Shown here piece after piece: positions 37,017 to 42,109 of a DNA stretch of 42,109 nt. Numbering within the stretch: position 1 is the stretch's first letter; every line of letters starts with the position of its first letter. A program made the position numbers and the translations under genes. The notes below the pieces were generated by a model that did no database searches, was not told the DNA's origin, and saw only the letters and a program-made list of their open reading frames with translations. The DNA comes from a virus (Duplodnaviria; Caudoviricetes): IMG/VR virus record IMGVR_UViG_3300025326_000088, positions 1 through 42,109 of that record. The stretch is one strand, 5' to 3'.

Positions 37017-38063
37017 ATGGCATTTGATGTTTTAAAACAAACATTAGGTAGACGTGCTCTTGAGAAATTAAGAGAAAATGATCCAGATGTTATTGCTCAA
37101 AGAGAACAATTAGAAGCTCAAACATCTGGATTTATTGAACAATTAAAAGAAACTCAACGTCAAAGAGCATTAAAAGAGGGTGCTTTCAAGGCTGGAGAAG
37201 AATTGAAAATGGTAATTCAGGAAGCATCTAAATTACCTCCATTAAAAGAAGAAGAATTAACTGATTATGAAAAAGCATTGAAAAAAGAACATCCAGAGCT
37301 TGAAAATACATTTAGAATAAGAAGAATGTTACTTGAGAAAACAGATGTTCCTTCATTTATGTTTTCCTCTGGCGATCCTGAATTGGTTGCGGCTGGACAT
37401 GCTTTGTATCCAGAATTGGTTAGCAAACAAGAAGGTCAATTTGCTCCATTTCATTTTGAAGAAAAGAAAGAATTGATGGATTTAGAATTTGAATATGCTA
37501 AACGATTAAAGCAATTAGATGCTCAATTAAGAACAAAAGAAATTGAACAAATGACTGGAAGGGATATTTACAAAATATTAACAAAAGGTAAAGTTGATAT
37601 TATTAATGATTTGACTAAAGGTAATGTTGGAGCAGCTCTTGCTCAATTTAAACATAACTTAGATGCACTTGCAAAGGCTGATCTTAGTCCATTGGATAGA
37701 GCGCAATTATTGTTGAATCTTGAAATAGTTAAAAATGAAGTTCTCAAAACATTGGGTTCTGGATTTTTTAAAGATAGTGATGCTGCAAATGCTTTTGAAT
37801 CTGAATGGGAAAAAGCAACAGAAACTGGTGATCTTGATAATTTAATTAAAATGTTTACCCCTGGGGCGCCAGAAGCGATTAAACCATTTTTTGGTACAGA
37901 GCAAGTTCCAGAAAGTGATTTGAAATTATTTCCATCTCATGAACCAACACAGCAAAAATTAAAGCCATTAGATAAAGAAACGGCTCGTAAGATTTTGGAG
38001 GAAGCCGGTGGGGATAAAAACAAAGCGAGAGAAATTGCTAAGCAAAGAGGTTATGAGTTCTAA
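37017..38063 (+). CDS. Putative internal virion (ejection) protein
   Basis: Helical; C-terminal EAGGDKNKAREIAKQRGY module. Confidence 0.6.
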   Translation: MAFDVLKQTLGRRALEKLRENDPDVIAQREQLEAQTSGFIEQLKETQRQRALKEGAFKAGEELKMVIQEASKLPPLKEEELTDYEKALKKEHPELENTFRIRRMLLEKTDVPSFMFSSGDPELVAAGHALYPELVSKQEGQFAPFHFEEKKELMDLEFEYAKRLKQLDAQLRTKEIEQMTGRDIYKILTKGKVDIINDLTKGNVGAALAQFKHNLDALAKADLSPLDRAQLLLNLEIVKNEVLKTLGSGFFKDSDAANAFESEWEKATETGDLDNLIKMFTPGAPEAIKPFFGTEQVPESDLKLFPSHEPTQQKLKPLDKETARKILEEAGGDKNKAREIAKQRGYEF

Positions 38064-41000
38064 TGCCTGATATTTTTGATACGATAGCTCCAGATACAAC
38101 AAGGCAAGATATATTTGATACTATATCTGCAAAGGATTCTGTTGTTCAAAAAGAACCAGATGTTTTTGATAAAGTATCTTCGCAATCTCTTTTGGATTCT
38201 TTTTTTGGTTCTTTGTTTCAAAAGAAAAGTTCAGAAAAATTAGAGGCAATGAAGCGTGTAAGAGAATTGACAACAGCAGCTTTTGGTGGGGCAAATATTG
38301 ACAAAGAAGAGTTTGAGAAACAAATTGATATTGCGACAGAAGGAGATCAACCTGGTGTTTTAGGCCAAACAATTATTGGAATAATGAAGGGAGCTACTGG
38401 TGGAATTGGTTTTGATAAAGAAACTGAAACAGATATTCCTAAAGGTACAGTAGAAAGAATAAGTAGAATGACCGGCGAATTTGCTGGATTTATAACTGGT
38501 GCTCCTGTGAAAGCTGGAACTGCTGTTGCTGGAAAGTTTTTTACAAGTAAAATTGGACAAAAGTTTTCTCAAGCATTAATTAGAAGATTTGGTAAGAATG
38601 TACCAAAATGGGCACAAGAGGCATTGGCCCTTGGTTCAGCATCAACCTTTGCTGGAAATGAAAATTTAACAGAGATTGTAAGTGATCCATCTGTTGATAG
38701 AATATTAGATGATCTTGTTGAAAGAACAAAACATTTTACATGGGGGGCAGCGGTTGGTGGTAGATTTGGAATTATTAGGGATAAAATTGGAAAATTTGGA
38801 GTTAGAATTGCTTTGAATCTTGCCATATCTAATGGCACAAATTTTGGTTTGGCTGGTTTTGATGTCGACAATATGCCATTAGAAGACATTGTGTTTAATT
38901 CTTTGTTAGATGTTTGGTTTTCAAAGAATGGGAAAAAACCAACAATTCAAGAAGAAAAAATAATTAAAGAATCGTCTAAAAATATCGCGCCGGAAGTTGC
39001 TAAAGAGTTAAAAGCATTGCCAGCAGCAGGTGAACCAGAAATTAAGTTTATTGGAACAGAAAAAGGGATTGTTAGAAAAAAAGGTATTGAAGCTATTCCA
39101 AAATTTAGAGAATTTGTCGAGGAAACTGGTATTCCATTTGAACGTGTTAGCGGAAAAAAAGCTGATCCAGAATTAGCACAAAAACTTGTTGATGATTTTA
39201 ATGCTTTAAAGTTTGGGAGAAATGTATTTACTGTTGATGTTGAATCTGCTAAAGCATGGAAAAGATTAACTGATGAGAAACTTGATGTTTCTAAATCGGA
39301 GATTAAACCTAAAAAACAAGCTGAAAAACTTGTTGAAACTGAAGCTAAAGTATTTGAAAAAGAGATTGAGAAAGAGATTTCTAAATCCTCCAAAGGAATC
39401 GTTAATAGAATAGAAGGTTTAGAAGGAGAGCCTCTTAGAACTCAAATTTCAGAACTTACTAAAAACACAAAACCAGGAGAATTAACTCCTGATGCTTATA
39501 AATTTGGGAATAGTTTATCTGATGCCGATATTCCAGAACTAAAGAAAATAGTTGTTGATTTATCAAAACAATCTCTTAATGAAGGTTTGTCAATTAAGGA
39601 AAGAGAAGCATTAACATGGGAATCTCAGTTTGCAAGAGAAGCTCTTATTGCTAAAACTGGAAGATATTATACTTATGAGGTTGAAAAGGGATTGCTTGAA
39701 AAAGATATTCCATTGTCTGTTAAAAAAGATATTAACAAAATACTAATTAAAGATTCTTTTGAAAAAACGGGTGGAGTAGAATTTATATTAGGAAATAAAG
39801 ATAAATTTACTGTAACAAAATCAACAAGTGTTCCTGATGGTGTTCAAGTTGTTCAATGGAAAGATGGTACTCCTGTTAAACATGAACTTTATAATAACAT
39901 TGATGAAGCAATTAAAAGAAATCCTTATATTAAAAATGTTGAAAGTGTTAAAGGTGCTAATGTTGGTAAAAAAGAACGTAGAATAATTAGTGATGAAGCG
40001 TATAAAAAAGCAAAAAAGAATATTACTGACAAAGGTCAAAGATTAACAACAGGAATTGATCCATCTTTGATTGGTGATTATGTAACTGTTGGGGCATATC
40101 ATTTTGAAAATGGACTTAGAACATTTTCATCTTGGTCAAAGAAAATGATTGAAGAATTTGGCGATAGAATAAAAACGCATTTAAGAACAATTTGGGATAA
40201 AATTTCAAAGGAACAAAAGGAAGCAAAAGTTGAAACAAGTGTAAAAGATAAATGGAATAGAGCAAACAGACAAATGAGAATTGCTGTTGCTAAACATAAC
40301 AAAGAAAAGAAAGAAAAAATTGATGATATAAAGTTACATAATATTCTTGAAGATGTCACTGGTAAACGTTCTTTTAAAGAAGCGACTCCAGAAGAAATTA
40401 AAAGTGTTTCAGAGCAAATAGGTAAAATGTCTATTTCTGAAACAGAAAAATATCAAGAATTTAAAAAACAAGAACTTGAAAAAATTCAGAATCTAAATAT
40501 TAAAAAAGAAATTGAAAGCGTAGAAAGAAGAACTGTCGAAAGAAGAAAAAGATTTATAGACAGAAAAAATATTAACTCAGACGCTACAATGTTTTCTAAA
40601 AGTTGGGTTGGTGATTTTTTTTCAAAGATTTTAGATATTCGTTATGCTTGGGAAACAGCAGAAGAAAATACAGGTGCTCCATTTAAAACCCTTGGTAATG
40701 TATTGGATGAAGGCGGTCGAGAAGTAAAAATTAATACAATTAAACATATGGATAATATTTTTATAGAAGCTAAAGTTCCCGCTGGTGAGGTTGTTGGTGA
40801 TAAGGCTGTTCAAAAAGCAATCACTGAATGGATTATTAGTGGCGGAAAAACTGATTTACCTGCTAAATATCAAGCTGTTGCAAAAGCTCTTATTAAAGAA
40901 TTACAAATGCTTGAACCAGATGTTAGAAAAGTTAGAACTCTTCGTTATTGGAACAATGAAGCTCCAAAACCAATGAATGCTTCAAAAGAAATTCTTGAAG

Positions 41001-42109
41001 AAGGAAAAAAAATATTATTAGAACAAGGAGAAAAAACATTTGATGAATGGATTAAAAAACAAGATTATGGAGTTATAAAAGAAGGTTATCTTCCTGGTGC
41101 TTATAGGGCAGCAACGGAATTGGATGATTTTACCAGCACTTTGTTTTTAGAAAGAAGTAAAGCATGGGCAGAAACAAGGATTGGTGATTATTATAATAAT
41201 GTTCCGTTGTTTGCTGGTGTAAGAAGATATTTTATGAATGTAGAAGCTTATAAAATATTACATCCATATAAAGTAAAACTTGAACAATTATTAGATGAAG
41301 TGCAAGCATCTTCCTTGGATAAAAGAATGGTAAAAGAATGGTGGAAAAGATTAAATGGAATTAATGTTGCAAATGATCCGATTAGTAATGTTATTAATAA
41401 GTTTCGTGGAATGTTTTGGACAGCAAAATTAAATGCCAATCTTTTTATATATGGGAGAAATTTTTTACAGAATCCAAATCTTTTATATCAGAAATTAGGG
41501 TTTGGGGGAATGGTAAAACATGGATGGAAATTATTTATTCCAAACATAAAACTTGCTGGCACAAATGATCCATTGATACAAGAAATATTAAAAAGACAAT
41601 TTCATAATAGAATGAATGAAATGGTTGGTTTAACTGATGATTATTTTTATGTTCAGGATGCTTATACAAAACATAAATTAACTACAAATGCAAGAAGAGT
41701 TGTTAGATTTTTACCGGCAAAATATGGTTATACAGATTTATTTAATAGATTAAAAGCATTCAGAATTGTTTATGACAATGGGTCTATGTTGTTAGAACAA
41801 TATAAAAAAGGAAAAATAAAGGAACGTGAACTGTTTAAAAAAAGTGGTGGTTATAATCTTACAAATTTAGAACAAAGAGAATTATTAATGCGCCTTGATA
41901 GAATTAAAGAACCAGGATATAATCCATTTTTAGAGAATCTTTCTGAACGTGTTACTCAAAACACTCACTTTTTATATACAAGGTTTGGAAAAGGTTTAGC
42001 AGAACAATTTGCCGCCGGACAACATGGCTTAGATGTGTTTACTTGGTTTAAAGGTACTGTTCAAAATTTTTATAAAGGTGGAATAGAGCGTGTTTATGAA
42101 GGAATGAAA
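38063..42109 (+). CDS. Very large internal virion / DNA-ejection protein (3'-truncated, at least 1349 aa)
   Basis: ATG 38063 overlaps the upstream stop. The frame reads open where translated by hand and is still in frame at the window end, which explains its absence from the ORF track. N-terminal D[IV]FD repeats, a Gly/Ala-rich region, and the GIDP...GAYHFENG...FSSWSKKM motif of large polyvalent-type proteins. Confidence 0.8.
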   Translation, partial: MPDIFDTIAPDTTRQDIFDTISAKDSVVQKEPDVFDKVSSQSLLDSFFGSLFQKKSSEKLEAMKRVRELTTAAFGGANIDKEEFEKQIDIATEGDQPGVLGQTIIGIMKGATGGIGFDKETETDIPKGTVERISRMTGEFAGFITGAPVKAGTAVAGKFFTSKIGQKFSQALIRRFGKNVPKWAQEALALGSASTFAGNENLTEIVSDPSVDRILDDLVERTKHFTWGAAVGGRFGIIRDKIGKFGVRIALNLAISNGTNFGLAGFDVDNMPLEDIVFNSLLDVWFSKNGKKPTIQEEKIIKESSKNIAPEVAKELKALPAAGEPEIKFIGTEKGIVRKKGIEAIPKFREFVEETGIPFERVSGKKADPELAQKLVDDFNALKFGRNVFTVDVESAKAWKRLTDEKLDVSKSEIKPKKQAEKLVETEAKVFEKEIEKEISKSSKGIVNRIEGLEGEPLRTQISELTKNTKPGELTPDAYKFGNSLSDADIPELKKIVVDLSKQSLNEGLSIKEREALTWESQFAREALIAKTGRYYTYEVEKGLLEKDIPLSVKKDINKILIKDSFEKTGGVEFILGNKDKFTVTKSTSVPDGVQVVQWKDGTPVKHELYNNIDEAIKRNPYIKNVESVKGANVGKKERRIISDEAYKKAKKNITDKGQRLTTGIDPSLIGDYVTVGAYHFENGLRTFSSWSKKMIEEFGDRIKTHLRTIWDKISKEQKEAKVETSVKDKWNRANRQMRIAVAKHNKEKKEKIDDIKLHNILEDVTGKRSFKEATPEEIKSVSEQIGKMSISETEKYQEFKKQELEKIQNLNIKKEIESVERRTVERRKRFIDRKNINSDATMFSKSWVGDFFSKILDIRYAWETAEENTGAPFKTLGNVLDEGGREVKINTIKHMDNIFIEAKVPAGEVVGDKAVQKAITEWIISGGKTDLPAKYQAVAKALIKELQMLEPDVRKVRTLRYWNNEAPKPMNASKEILEEGKKILLEQGEKTFDEWIKKQDYGVIKEGYLPGAYRAATELDDFTSTLFLERSKAWAETRIGDYYNNVPLFAGVRRYFMNVEAYKILHPYKVKLEQLLDEVQASSLDKRMVKEWWKRLNGINVANDPISNVINKFRGMFWTAKLNANLFIYGRNFLQNPNLLYQKLGFGGMVKHGWKLFIPNIKLAGTNDPLIQEILKRQFHNRMNEMVGLTDDYFYVQDAYTKHKLTTNARRVVRFLPAKYGYTDLFNRLKAFRIVYDNGSMLLEQYKKGKIKERELFKKSGGYNLTNLEQRELLMRLDRIKEPGYNPFLENLSERVTQNTHFLYTRFGKGLAEQFAAGQHGLDVFTWFKGTVQNFYKGGIERVYEGMK

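Noticed and set aside
38121-41439. Minus-strand and alternate-frame ORFs listed in the track
   Set aside because: They are shadows of the long plus-strand ORF starting at 38063. The same applies to antisense ORFs over the helicase, portal, capsid and nozzle genes.
20130-42109. Stop-codon reassignment (alternative genetic code)
   Set aside because: Terminase, portal, capsid and nozzle genes are full length and tightly packed under the standard code.

Overview
An AT-rich tailed-phage (Caudoviricetes) genome segment with a podovirus-like layout. No integrase, DNA polymerase, primase, endolysin or tail fibre is recognisable in the window. The minus-strand arm (287-19965) carries early, replication and accessory genes: YopX, RecU resolvase, DnaB-like helicase, Dam-type methyltransferase, Sak/Rad52-like annealase, RNase HI, two DEDD/RNase H-fold exonucleases and an RHH regulator. 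Four TTGACT-N17-TAnnTT promoters face this arm. The plus-strand arm (20130-end) carries TerS/TerL, an accessory block (AdoMetDC-like, DUF3326, SAM methyltransferase, membrane and lysis-like genes), HNH, portal, scaffold, major capsid, adaptors, nozzle and ejection proteins; the last of these runs off the window. The top finding is an integrase-less array of integron attC sites at 16421-18669 (two well-paired sites, one degenerate site, two half sites). Its phage genes are antisense to the cassettes, two start inside attC loops and three stop on the TTA of the neighbouring R' box. Also notable are a ~150-nt tRNA-like RNA without a normal anticodon arm (6085-6240), a helically phased GTATAC-type array beside long T/A homopolymers (14380-15013), a duplicated promoter-proximal early gene, and an overlapping gene pair that resembles a non-canonical spanin. 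All family calls come from motif recognition by eye, not from database searches.
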